A stretch of 64,000 bases of DNA from Trichoplax adhaerens (lineage: Eukaryota > Animalia > Placozoa): assembly GCF_000150275.1 (NCBI RefSeq), contig NW_002060943.1, forward strand, positions 732,239 to 796,238, written 5' to 3'. The notes below the pieces were generated by a model. The model saw only the letters and a list, made by a program, of their open reading frames with translations. It did not search any database and had not been told where the DNA came from. Numbering within the stretch: the first letter of the stretch is position 1; each line of letters begins with the position of its first letter. Made by a program: the position numbers and the translations under genes. Shown here piece after piece: positions 22,138 through 34,118 of this stretch.

Positions 22138-22688
22138 GTCTGTCCGTCCCAAAGTGATCAGTCCAGGTCATACACTGTACAGTACAGTACTGTATTGTAG
22201 TGAGTCCATCGCTGTGTACAGTACATTGTACGGTACTGTACCGTACTGTACAGTACTGTATGTCGTCTATCCGTCCCAAAGTGATCAGTCCAGGGTCATA
22301 CAGTATTGTAGTGAGTCCATCGCTGTGTACATTGTACTGTACAGTATCGTAGTGAGTCCATCGCTGTGTCCATCGTACGGTACTGTATTGTACAATGTAC
22401 AGTATGTCGTCTATCCGTCCAAAAGTGATCAGTCCAGGTCATACAGTACGGTACAGTACTGTACAGTATTGTAGTGAGTCCATCGCTGTGTACATTGTAC
22501 TGTACAGTATCGTAGTGAGTCCATCGCTGTGTCCATTGTACGGTACTGTACAGTACAGTACTGTATTGTATGTCGTCTATCCGTCCAAAAGTAATCAGTC
22601 CAGGGTCATACAGTATTGTAGTGAGTCCATCGCTGTGTACTGTATTGTATGTCTGTCCGTCCCAAAGTGATCAGGCCAGGTCCTATAC
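22138..22688. repeat. Compound tandem array of two conserved modules (A x5, B x6) with variable pentamer linkers
   Basis: Module A (GTCTRTCCGTCCMAAAGTRATCAGKCCAGG(G)TCATAC; the last copy is degenerate at its 3' end) starts at 22138, 22265, 22409, 22575 and 22651. Module B (GTAGTGAGTCCATCGCTGTGT) starts at 22197, 22308, 22349, 22471, 22512 and 22618. Confidence 0.95.
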
Positions 22689-23279
22689 AGTACAGTAGAT
22701 AGTCCATGTACTATACTGTACACTATACAATACTGCACTGTCTTACTGTAACATACAGTAATATGATGTTACTGTAGTATACTGTAAAGTACAGTACTGT
22801 ATATGCGATTCACGACAGTACAGTGTACAGTATAAGAAATATCAGAACTACTTCAACAGTCCAAAATAAGACCAATATGCAGTTAGCAATATCTGATTAT
22901 CTGTAGAAGAAGAATTTCTAGTACTCCTCCAGTCCATGCCAATCAATCAATCACCACATACGTACTGTATACAGTATACAGGTGATCAGCAAGTAGTCTC
23001 CTAGTGGATTCTTCACCACATTTGGACTACTTCTGAAGTCGGCTGGATGGGGTAGACCACCATACCGGACTACATTCACCATGATTCACTACTAGCACGT
23101 GAGCACTCGCTCGGTACTGGTACTGTATTGTACAGGCACTAGACGAGCCTACGGTGGTCAAGAATCACAAGGATACACTGTACAGTGTATGGTGTACACT
23201 GTACGGCGTATAGCACAGTATAGCATAACCGGAGGCAAACTCAAGATGCTAAGGACAGCTTGCCCTCCAAACCATAAGA

Positions 23280-23289
23280 CGCATGCGCA
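23280..23289. promoter_or_regulatory. NRF1-like site just upstream of the eIF3f start codon
   Basis: CGCATGCGCA matches the NRF1 palindrome TGCGCATGCGCA over 10 nt and ends 24 nt before the ATG. Confidence 0.5.
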
Positions 23290-23312
23290 GTTGGCTTCAG
23301 GTAAAATCAAGC

Positions 23313-25443
23313 ATGGCGGTCTCTAGTCCTTTACAACTCTCGGTAGTAATCCATCCAGTTGTTGTACTTACTATATGTGATAGTTATGAACGACGTAACG
23401 AAGATATAGAAAAAATCCATGGCACTTTATTAGGCAAGGTGGAAAAGGAACGAATCGAGATTCGTAATTGCTTCATTGACGACAATCCTACTGCATCAGG
23501 AAAGGTGAGAATGGAATGGACCAACTATTCGCAGGACTGCAGTCATGTATTGCTGTAGGATAGTATTTCATCAATTGCTTTGGACCATGCAGTACTGTGT
23601 ATTGTTGTAGTTGGTTCATGAAATGAAAGCTGGATAAAATATGTAGTGTATTATTGAGTTGAATCTAGTATACGATTCACCGGTCGAATTTTCTCAACAA
23701 ACTCGACATTGAAATTCAGATTCAACTTTTGCTCCCACTGAATCACGCCTTCAATACAGTACAATATAGTACTGTAATGTAGAGCGAAAAACCCCGTCTA
23801 AAGTCCTATACAACATGCCAGTTGACGATGGAAAGCAAGAGGATTGCACGTTTCATTCAATGCCATCATTAGAATTATTCGAGTTATTTGATACTGCTGT
23901 ATAGTACAGTGCATAACGGTATGATTGAGTATTCGATACGATCCAATCATTCACTCCTGGAGCTTACATCAGTTTTTTTGTTCACAATCGTTTTAGTAAA
24001 CCCATAGCAAACTGTATTGATAACCTATATTAAGAAACGCCAGCGATCATGTGTCTAAATGAAGCGGATGCTTTTTTTGTTGTACAGAAAAAGTTTAATC
24101 TTGAAGAATTTCAAAGATTGTTCGATTTACACCAACGGGTATATCCTAATGAAGTCATTGTTGGACGGTAAGTAATGTAGACTGTATCCGAATCACCTTG
24201 TTATTGAATTGGAATGAATACGATATTGATGCGTGTGCAATGATGCCACTAGACAGTAGTATAGTATTTACTATGATGGATCATATTCCGAAATTAGCTG
24301 CTTTACCAGATGTTTTACAATGCAAATAGGTTTTCAACTGGTGATCAGATAGATGATACCGCATTGGCCATGCAGGCATTATTCAGCAGAGTTATTGAAT
24401 CATCCTATGTAGCATTTCCAATTCACCTACTGGTTGATACTAATTTAACCGACTCACATATGGGTATTCAAGCTTCTGTATATCATAGATATGGCGTGCC
24501 TGGAAATGATAATGGTTCTATATTTACGCCTATACGATATGCTATGGGCTATTATCCAGAAGAGATGAGTGCTTGTAAGCTCTGACGTCTATTAACGATA
24601 TTATTTCCTATATAATAAGCATATACGCTAAATAATTCGTAAAGATTACCTATACACAAAATGCAGTATACTAGGCTTTGAGTCAAAATTTCTCATTTTG
24701 CCATTTATTTGATACCGTCGTCTTTGTAGCACAATTATTTCAACGTAATTTAGCAATCGGTGGGATCGCTCCTGTTCATAATGATATGCAACACGTTATC
24801 GCGTAAGATATCCCAATAATTAATATCATAGCAGATTGAATTTGATATTAATTTAGTTCATACAATTTACAAGGAGCTAAAAAATAGCTTTGCTTGCTTT
24901 CAATGCACTCTATAGGACGTCAACAAAAATTGATGAATTATTGGATGAAGTTTTAAAATATGTGGAAGACGTGACGGTAATCGACTATGCCTAAATATTC
25001 ACAAGACTGTCAACCTTGATGAATATACAAATTTTTTTCACTAACAAACATCAATTAACGCACCATTCCAGGCTGGGAATACTCCATTTGATAGCAAGAT
25101 TGGACGATCATTAAGCGATGCAATAATGGCAGTTCCACAAATCGATCAATCAGTATTTAAGGATATGATGAACAACTCGACACAGGTAATAAAAAAGTGC
25201 AGGGTATTAACTGATATGTCATTATCATTTTCGAAAATTTTACTTTCGTGTACGATAAGTTATGTTACCGTATACTCTACATAGATATTAAGAGATTATT
25301 AATACATATTCTCCCATGATATTAATTGGCGATTGCGAAATTATTTTTTCACATATCTATAGGATTTATTGATGGTTACCTATCTTGGCAGCTTGGTTCG
25401 AACACAGCTTGCTCTTGCTGAAAAATTGAATACGATTCTATAG
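23313..25443 (+). CDS. EIF3F: Eukaryotic translation initiation factor 3 subunit F (MPN domain), 7 exons
   Basis: Exons: 23313-23504 (MAVSSPLQLSVVIHPVVVLTICDSYERRNE..HGTLLG), 24088-24167 (LHQRVYPNEVIVG), 24330-24574 (PIHLLVDT), 24730-24802, ~24916-24976, 25072-25185, and ~25363-25443 (DLLMVTYLGSLVRTQLALAEKLNTIL*). HPVV..DSYERR and DLLMVTYL are eIF3f hallmarks. Confidence 0.95.
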
Positions 25444-25526
25444 TATTGTACTATGAAACTATATATTTACGTTATTTTATCATCTCTGTACGCTATACTG
25501 TATGTACTTTAAGGGTTTGCTGTAGA

Positions 25527-25532
25527 AATAAA
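25527..25532 (+). terminator. Candidate polyadenylation signal of eIF3f
   Basis: An AATAAA lies about 85 nt after the stop codon. Confidence 0.5.
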
Positions 25533-27362
25533 CGCCATATATTATTGCAACCGAATTGAGTAACTTTGTAGGTATGCGAATAACTTGAAAATTGATAAAA
25601 ATAAGGAGTCAGAAATTTCTCGCAAGGAATTTGCAGATACTTGACACATCCTTGAACCGACGGATTTATTGCTGAAATATCAGTGATGTATTCTTACCCT
25701 ATGTCCAGAATTCAAATCTAGCATTCACTTGCCACGGGAATGTAGTATCCACGCAGCAACTTGAGATTACGTTCTCACCCTGGCGAATGCAATATTTTGC
25801 AGCACTTGACTGAAAAAGCTAAAAATGCCATTCGACAGTATTATACTCCTAAATGTCTTACTGATGCCACTGTGAAATAAATATATGATTGGCATAATGT
25901 TGACAATATAAAGAGCCCAATTCTATTCTTTGGTCTTGACTACGAGTATGATTAATTTAATGTCACAGTATTGGCTAAATGCTGAGATAGAGCGGTAAAC
26001 AGAAAAGGCATCAGGCGGTATGATACTTGAGTACCTAGCTAATCAAGATTTATATATTATATTTCCAGAGACATCATACGTCATATATGTAGCGCAGTGT
26101 GCACTCCTCTCCTATACGAGTTTGATACATCAGCCATGCAGCAAATCAAAATAAAGCGATAGCTCTATGAACTTTATAAACCTGCAACAGTCTCAAATGC
26201 TAAATAACACAGCTTATATTTAGATTATATCTTTCTTGGATCTTATTGAAAACTGAACCTACAGAGATAATCAAATTTTGCACATGCATAGACACAGACT
26301 ATCTACCTTCAAGATTAAGACCTCAAAATAATTCGAACAACAGTATTCAATATATACAGTATGTAATAAGAGCAGTAGTTATATTCCCAGCTTCAAGAAG
26401 GTTTTTATGAATAGCCTGCTCGGGATGGGATTAATTATAATTATTTCACTCTTTGGTATCGATAAACACGACCGAGAAAGCTTGATACGTTGTTAGATTT
26501 AATTATCCGAAACTATCAAAATTTACAGTTTCAATAATATTACCTTAAAATCTGTACGGGAACAGCACTTACACATATTTATAAGCCCATCCAGCATATT
26601 AATTACTATAATAACTATTATACGGGGATAAATAAGATCGTAACAAGACATGTAAATCATGGTTAAGATCAAAATGGAATGACTTAATGGATGGTTCTTA
26701 TATTAGACCAATTAACATTTCGGTAAAAGCTGTTAGGGACCGCTATAATATAAAACCCGACGGCTTGACTATCGGAAAAAAGTTTGAATAAGATGACGTC
26801 GATATTTAACAATTACTCAGAGTAAATTATTTTATGAGATACCTGTAAAGTCTAGCATCACATAGTAGGTGTATAGTACAGTAGATGATTAAATCACTTC
26901 AATGCGGTATATAGAACTTAAGGCTAACATTGTATTAAATACGAAATATATAGATATCCTGTTGATTTTCTAATATTTTCTTTAAATAACTTTACGCGAC
27001 TCATGACGTTATCTGTTTGCACAATGAATTTGCTTTCATGGCTATTTGAGAATCAATATGATCAACTATTGATACGTAAGATCTATATACATTTTGCTGG
27101 CAATGCAAACGGGTATAGCAAAGATATAACATCAACCACATTTTCATCATAAGAAGGTTTATTCATCTTTAACAAGATAGATCCATTATTGCAATGATCA
27201 AACAATGATATAGTCATTCAACATAGTGTGTTATGAAGTTTAACATTTAAATAACTAATCTTGAAAATTTATTAGTCATGAAATTTGAATTGATTTTAGA
27301 TATCATAGCACATGCAGATAACGTAATTTATTAACATAGAGCCTGCTGAATTGGTCTTAAAA

Positions 27363-30300
27363 TTATTTGTCATTAATTCCTGGTGAAGCATTTTCTTTTT
27401 GAAGCAAATGAACATTTTCGCTGTCTGCTGTAGGAAGGCTTTTGTATTTGTTTTTGTTATTCATTGATGAAATTCCTTCGATTTCTTCTGCTGAACCACC
27501 AACAATATATGCTACTGCACCTAGAAGACTTATACCCGCTGTTATTCCAAAAACAAATCGCCATCTTTCGATAGCCTAAAAGCAAATCAAAACGAGATGT
27601 TTCATAAGACCAGATAATGTAAAATAGTTCTAACAAGTTAACCATATGGATTTCTAACTATGTATCCGTACTACATATAAAAATGTAATTTCAATTCTAT
27701 CTAAGATAAGGCATTATGCTATAGCGAAATCACGTTTGCAATTAATATTTAATAAGCAAGCCTACCATACTCTCGGTAATGTGGCCTGCCATAAGTGGGC
27801 AGATACATCCCGCTAAATTACATGCTGCATGCCCAATTCCCATGATGAAACCAGCATATGGCGAAGCTAAGTCAAGAGGATTAACCAACATCACGCTACG
27901 AGTAGCACCATCGATTATAATAGTCGTAAATAAACATATTAGAGCAGCGTTTAAATCATCGAGGAAACCAATCGTAATAAGGCAAGCGGCCGAGATAACA
28001 TTTCCTATAAATTAATAAAAAGTAACAGCATTAACATCACTAGAATAGACTGCTAATAAGGTCCAAGCATTTATTCCTATCTATTCAAATATTGCTTTAA
28101 AATTAAAACTTCGTTTCTTACCGATAACGTAAATTCCTTTTCTGACGATAGTAGGTTTTAAATAATCACGAGAAATAAATAGATCTGACAGAAAGCCACT
28201 AATAAATAACATAATCATTTGGCCAATAAAAGGAATAATACACTTAATTCCAGTCTAAAACATTACAAAGAATACGTATAAATTATCATCTCCATCATCA
28301 GTCGTTGTCTTAACGATACTCATTTTAGAACATTTACAATCCTGCATGCTATCTAAACGATAATATCCAATTATCAACGATATATTTTACATCGTAGGGT
28401 GGCAAGTACTCGGTAAATATTGATTACAGTAGCTTGATAATTTAAATTACTTGTTACAGTTACTAATTGAAAATTACTATTCTTATTATAATATCTATAA
28501 CGAATGAAAATTATATATCAGCTATTGTAAATATTGGATGCAAGTCAAATCAGACTTACATGTGTAATATCGTATTCCCTATGCAACAGTAAAAATTTAG
28601 GTATATGCGTCAAAGCTGTAAATAGAATCCATCCTTCGCAAAAGAAAGCAATGGCGTAGGCATATACTGGCAACGAGGTAAAAATTAATTTCCATGGAAT
28701 TTCATTATATTCTGGCATGCAGGCCTGTCATAAATAATATTGATGTACGATTATCTTCAATGTCCTACTAATGCTGATCATTTATTAGTAAAACACTTAA
28801 AGGTATATATATTGTCTTCAAAATTAATCAGTAAACTTCTAGCAAGTACACAACCCCCAAATGATAGGGTATTACGATACAAGGTTGAATCTTAGGCAAG
28901 TAAGGTAACTGAAAATCATAGAGTAACCTCATCTGATTCCTTTCCAACCGAAACTTCATTCATACATGAACAGTTATGAGATCTTGGTGTTCGACTTGAT
29001 ACAGCAATCCATAAAATCGGCCATGCAATACCAATAATCCCTAAATGGTATCACAGGCAAGGATTACAGAAAGAATGTCAAAGAAGTCAGTATAATTAGA
29101 AATAGTCGCCATCAATTTTCACAATTTTTATAGAGCAAAGATTGATGGGCTTCCAAATACTTAATGAACTTTTTTAATCACTTGATAGTACTATATCGTA
29201 ACTACTGTTATGCAGAAAAATAGGTTGTAATTACCAAAGCAGTAGAAAGGTGAAGACCAGTTCAAACGTTGAACGATCACACTTGGCAAGATCATTGCAA
29301 AGATTGTTCCAATACTAGCCCCTAGATAAAGGTAAGAAGATGATAGAGTGAGTTCTTCATTCATTGACTACATTAGTATCCGACTTTCTCTAGATCTCTG
29401 CATTATAGAATGGACTGTTTAAGCTTTAATGACCTTTTTTATATTAGTTATTACAGATTGGCAACACGTTAATAAAAATGAAACTAACAGCATCTTCTGA
29501 CATCAAATAATTTTATTTTCTGTACTCATCGATTATTATTTGGGTAAATGTACTAATTAATCATCAGTAAAAGCTGCAAGATGATAACGTTAAACCAATG
29601 TAAATTTTACAGTATTGTATTGGATTTGAAAAAGACTGAATGACATTAGAGGGAAATACCAATCTCCGTAGTGGTAACCATTCGAGCTCTATCGTTTGGA
29701 TGTGACCATTCTTTCCAGAATTCAATCATAGCCGGATAGATTGGACCCTACGTTTGATATTATTCGAGAAAAGTAGGAATAATATTACGTATAGAATGAA
29801 TTGCATTACTGGAATGGACTAAATAGCTAGTAGCCTAATAGTAAATGAATAACCATGGAAAAGACGTAAATTGTCCTAATAGTAAATGGTTAACCTGAGC
29901 AACGCCGATTAGGATGCGACAAATAATAAATGCTGCATAACCCGTAGTAATCAAAATTGGTTCCAGTAAGGTTAAGATTCCGCTAACGAGCATTGAAAAT
30001 GATAATATGGAGAATCCACCAAACTTATGGGCTAACCAACCGCCAGGAATTTGCATAGCCGTATAGCCGTAGAAAAATACGCTTAAAGCAAATCCTACAA
30101 TGAGATCGATAACACATTAAATTATTTTCAAAATTCAAGTATTGTATAAACGGATTAACTATACACTCTTCCATCAATAAACGAAAACTGATTTCAGCAA
30201 GTATCAAGTTGGAGCATTTTATCGTGCTCTTTCACTAATAAAATAAGGTCAATCAACTACAATATAGAAAGTCCATCAACACTAAATATAGCTATAAAGA

Positions 30301-33300
30301 GCCGCTCATTATCGTAATTATGAACTCAATATGAAATTAATCGTGGAATATGAAATAGGATCAAATTTGATATTTCAAATAGAGAAATTGAATGTAAAAG
30401 GGAATGCTATTGATGCTTATTCTTAATATTTTACTTCATTCGGATTTATCATTTCATATATTAAAGTGTAGCAATTAGTAAAGATCTATTATAGTAATTG
30501 CATACATTACTCCATGCTTCACAACTGATATAGAATCGGGGTACTTGATACTTTTAAGAGGGTGGCAAAAACAAACTGTAGGCGCATTAAGTCGAGCAAA
30601 AACACTTTTAAAAAATTGCGGTTTCTAGAATGCAACTTTTAGCCGGTATATTAAAACTGTTGGCTGCTCAAAAAATATTTTGTAATCCATAAATAGTAAG
30701 TTAAATTAGGGCTTCATACTGAGCTTTGATGGGCAATTACATAATTACTAGAGATAGAGATGGAATGATACTCGATTTGCAAATTTGATAAGATATTCAG
30801 AAAATCAAAAATAAACATCCTTTTAAAGTTGCATTATTATTCTGAAAGGCTTATTTCATATTATCGCGTGATGATATGAAGTAAATTCTTCATAATAAAA
30901 TACCCTATTTCATCTTTAAGTATACAAATCTATTGTTCTACATTTTACCTTGAAGATGCGGTTCCCACAAATAATGAAACACCTGCGAGAAAAAGAAAGG
31001 TGAAGAAACAATTCAGCTGCAAGGTATACATTTGAATAGTCAGTATTCCAATAATAATTAAGCGATACATCTATTTTTATTTATAAAGTCAATAATATCG
31101 AATTTAACCTCTAGCAAAAATTAATTCACTTAATTCAATTCAAATTGATGATAGTCGACCACAAAGGCTAGCAATGGTTTACAGTACTTCGAATAAATCC
31201 ATTACAAACATAAAGTCCTGAATTTAATATTAGAATACACGTAGATGATGATGAAAGTCTACTCCAACTATAGCATCGATTTAATTTTAGCAATGATCAA
31301 CCCTATCCAGGCTATAATTCTTATCACCGGATAGAACATTTATAAATAGAGACATTTATCAAATTTTTTAGCCAATTTCATTTAAGATAGATCAAAAGTA
31401 GAGATTTCGATTTTAAGGAACTTTCTAGCATTGAAATTGCTCATATCTTGTCATGAAACGATTTGCCTGTCGTTTTGTTGCTGCAACTTAATTTGATATG
31501 ATGTATAAAGTAATTTCTATCACTTCGTACTCAAATGCACTGCTATACAAATGTGTTAAGAGTACCAAATTAAGCTAGCCGGGAAAGAAGCTCAAAAGTT
31601 GTCAAATTTAGCCTGAAGGATGAATTAATTATTGATAGTGATTGTCATTCGATTGAATTATACCGACTATCAACGACTCCAGTTTTATTACCAGCACGAA
31701 GGCTGCATTAAGAGTCGAAACCTGAAACGTTGCTGTGTTATACGAAATTGATAAAAAATGATGGTAAAGTTTAGGCCCATTACGACCTATGGGCATCTCC
31801 TAAAATCATAAAATAGTAATAGCTTGTTATTCATGATAGTTGCGGTAATAATTCTATCGAAATGAAAAGAAATACTCTTTCTGACTAACTAGAGCCTTGC
31901 TAGTGTTTTTTACCAATAGACAAATGGACAGTCAATTTATTCTTAGATGCGGTTTACTCAGAGCGTTTTAAAAAATAAATTGTGTGATATTGTACTCGAT
32001 TAATATTTTACTCCAGTACGTAAAAGAAGTAATAATTTAGAAGATATCAAATTAATATTATTGCTTGTGACTTAGACTATCTCTTAAACAGTATAATTTA
32101 ATAGAGAAATTTTTCATCGGACTCGTAAATCACACTATGTAAAATAAAGAATCAATTTAATCTACAAGATTTCATACTTTACAACTATTTAGCGATTTAA
32201 GCGATTAAAATCCTGAAACGAAACTATAAGTCTTGTATTTTAATTTGGACCTGACGAATTTTATAAACTGAAAAACTATCAATTTCTTTTAAAATCGTAT
32301 AAATACCAGATGTTAATGTGGATGTAAATAATTGCGATATATTCCATGAAACCTATTCAGAATAATTAATTGGCAAAGAATCAATGTTTTCTTATGCTGT
32401 TCAATATATATCGTTCTAAAAAATCCATTACTGTGAATTAAGTTAGGCATGAGCACGAAATACTGACAATTCTGACGCTCTATAATTGCTTCTTTACACT
32501 ATTTGATTACATTAATATCAGTCGGTACTAAGCTACACTATTTATTATCAAATTAACTAAGTTAAATCTCCGCCTTTATCTGCTTTTAAAAACAGAGTGT
32601 CATATATGAGAATCAGTCTAATTTATGAAGCTCGGCAAGAAATATTCTTTGATGAGAATTATATAAATTCATAATCAATGAGTCTAGCGTCTACCATTAT
32701 CGCGAAAAACTTAGCTGAACTAATACCATCATTTATTAACCAGAGATTTCTTAAAGCTTAGAAAGTAGTTTTTGAAATTATCGATTACCAAATTAATGAT
32801 TTCTCTCACGTAAGAAATTATACGATACTATTAGGTGAAATCAAATATTTATCTCTCCTCATTCATAAATGAGCATAAATTTAAAGATAGGGTAAGATAG
32901 ATCTATTAATGAATTTAATTTAAAGTGAAATAATTTACGAATGGCCATTTGAATTCGTGATATAAAATCTTCAAAGCTAAATGAGAAATCATTCGTAACA
33001 CGTTTTTCTTACTGAAGTAAAAATTGTAAAAACTACAATTGGAAAACTATTCGGCCCAATCTTGGATTTGACAAAGTATTTATTGCTGATTCTCAACAAA
33101 ATTCGTATACTTAATCCTGGTAAATTGTTGTTGCCTATATCATGACCGAAAATTTATTGGCCCTTACAAAGAATTGTGCATGATTTAATAAGCTTTTATA
33201 ATCTTTGATGTTTGATAACTTTTAATAACATTAGGATTCGTCTAGCAATTTGGCTAGACGGAAATCTATTCGAGTAAAAAGTAAATCGGAGCAAAAATGA

Positions 33301-34118
33301 AAAAGCGACAACTTTAGCGGTGAATAATTTCTTATGATACCCAAGTTCTTGTAGAGGATGTTTTAATTTAGTGGAAAGTACTATATACTCTTGGTCTAAA
33401 CTTCCAGATCTAGCCAATATTAATAGAAATTACTATTTACCGCCCGTACTTTTCTATATAATCAAGCTTTTAAAGAGTTCTAGAATCTAGTTAAATAATT
33501 TGAACAAGCTATTGGATTCTTAGTAACTGACTTTCGGTAACTTTATTATAACTGAATTAGTGCCCCATGTTTAGAATAGTAAGTGTTTTCAACATCTATT
33601 AAACGAGACTAAAAGTCCAGGCTAAATAGAGGGCGTATATGGTACAATTTAGTGCCGTATTAGTGTCTATTAATCTTCTCTCTATTTATCCTTAGGCATT
33701 AAGTCCTGACCATTTCTACTGTTTCTTATATACTAGACAAAGCTAATTAAGTAAATGTATAGATGGCATCCTTTACCTTGATATTGCTTCGGTTGTTCTC
33801 TCCTACAGAGACCGAACTATTTCCTTGCATATTAAGCACCATTTCTCGAAATTCCAAGTTCAAATTAAATCTCATTGAATATGCCGCAATAAAAGCCAAA
33901 ACTACGATAAAAGCTAAAAGATAGCGTTTGAAGCTGCATGGAAAAGAAGTCTGTGCTACATTTCGCATTTTATTATAAGAATAATCTCCATTTTCGTCAT
34001 CTGAAGTTATGGTATCCGAAAGGTGAAATGTAGATGGCACCAAATCTATTTCATTTTTTCCTGATTTTCCGTTACGATTGGCTGTATCAATATCGACGGT
34101 TGAAGATTCTTCAGCCAT
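27363..34118 (-). CDS. SLC17-family (sialin/VGLUT/NPT/VNUT-like) MFS organic anion transporter, copy A, 10 exons
   Basis: Exons (approximate): 34118-33777 (..RYLLAF..YSMRFNL), 30982-30949 (VFHYLWEPHLQG), 30094-29895 (SVFFYGYTAMQIPGGW), 29747-29660 (GPIYPAM..WSHPNDRA), 29321-29235, 29040-28928, 28723-28560 (IPWKLIFTSLPV), 28254-28122, 28003-27765 (VNPLDLASPYAG), and 27575-27363 (ERWRFVF..INDK*). Confidence 0.9.

Larger units (their letters stand above)
19364..23312. promoter_or_regulatory. Divergent promoter/5' region shared by the Na/K-ATPase and eIF3f; GC-richer, TACAG/CTGTA-rich island
   Basis: It lies between head-to-head start codons (19363 on -, 23313 on +). It is visibly richer in GC/CpG and contains dozens of TACAGTA/TACTGTA words, E-boxes (TCACGTGA 19560, GCACGTGA 23095) and TGCGCA words. 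Confidence 0.65.

Noticed and set aside
19477-22670. ORF-track entries rich in Y/S/T/V/C (e.g. 22136-22474, 22395-22670, 19846-20160)
   Set aside because: They are translations of the pentamer repeats, with no splice support or family similarity.
22138-22688. CRISPR array
   Set aside because: The linkers are low-complexity, mutually similar pentamer runs rather than unique spacers. There are two repeat types, no cas genes, and the context is eukaryotic.
22138-22688. Tandem hammerhead ribozymes (minus strand has CTGATCA in module A)
   Set aside because: The core needs CUGANGA and a downstream GAAA. Here it is CUGAUCA with no suitably placed GAAA.
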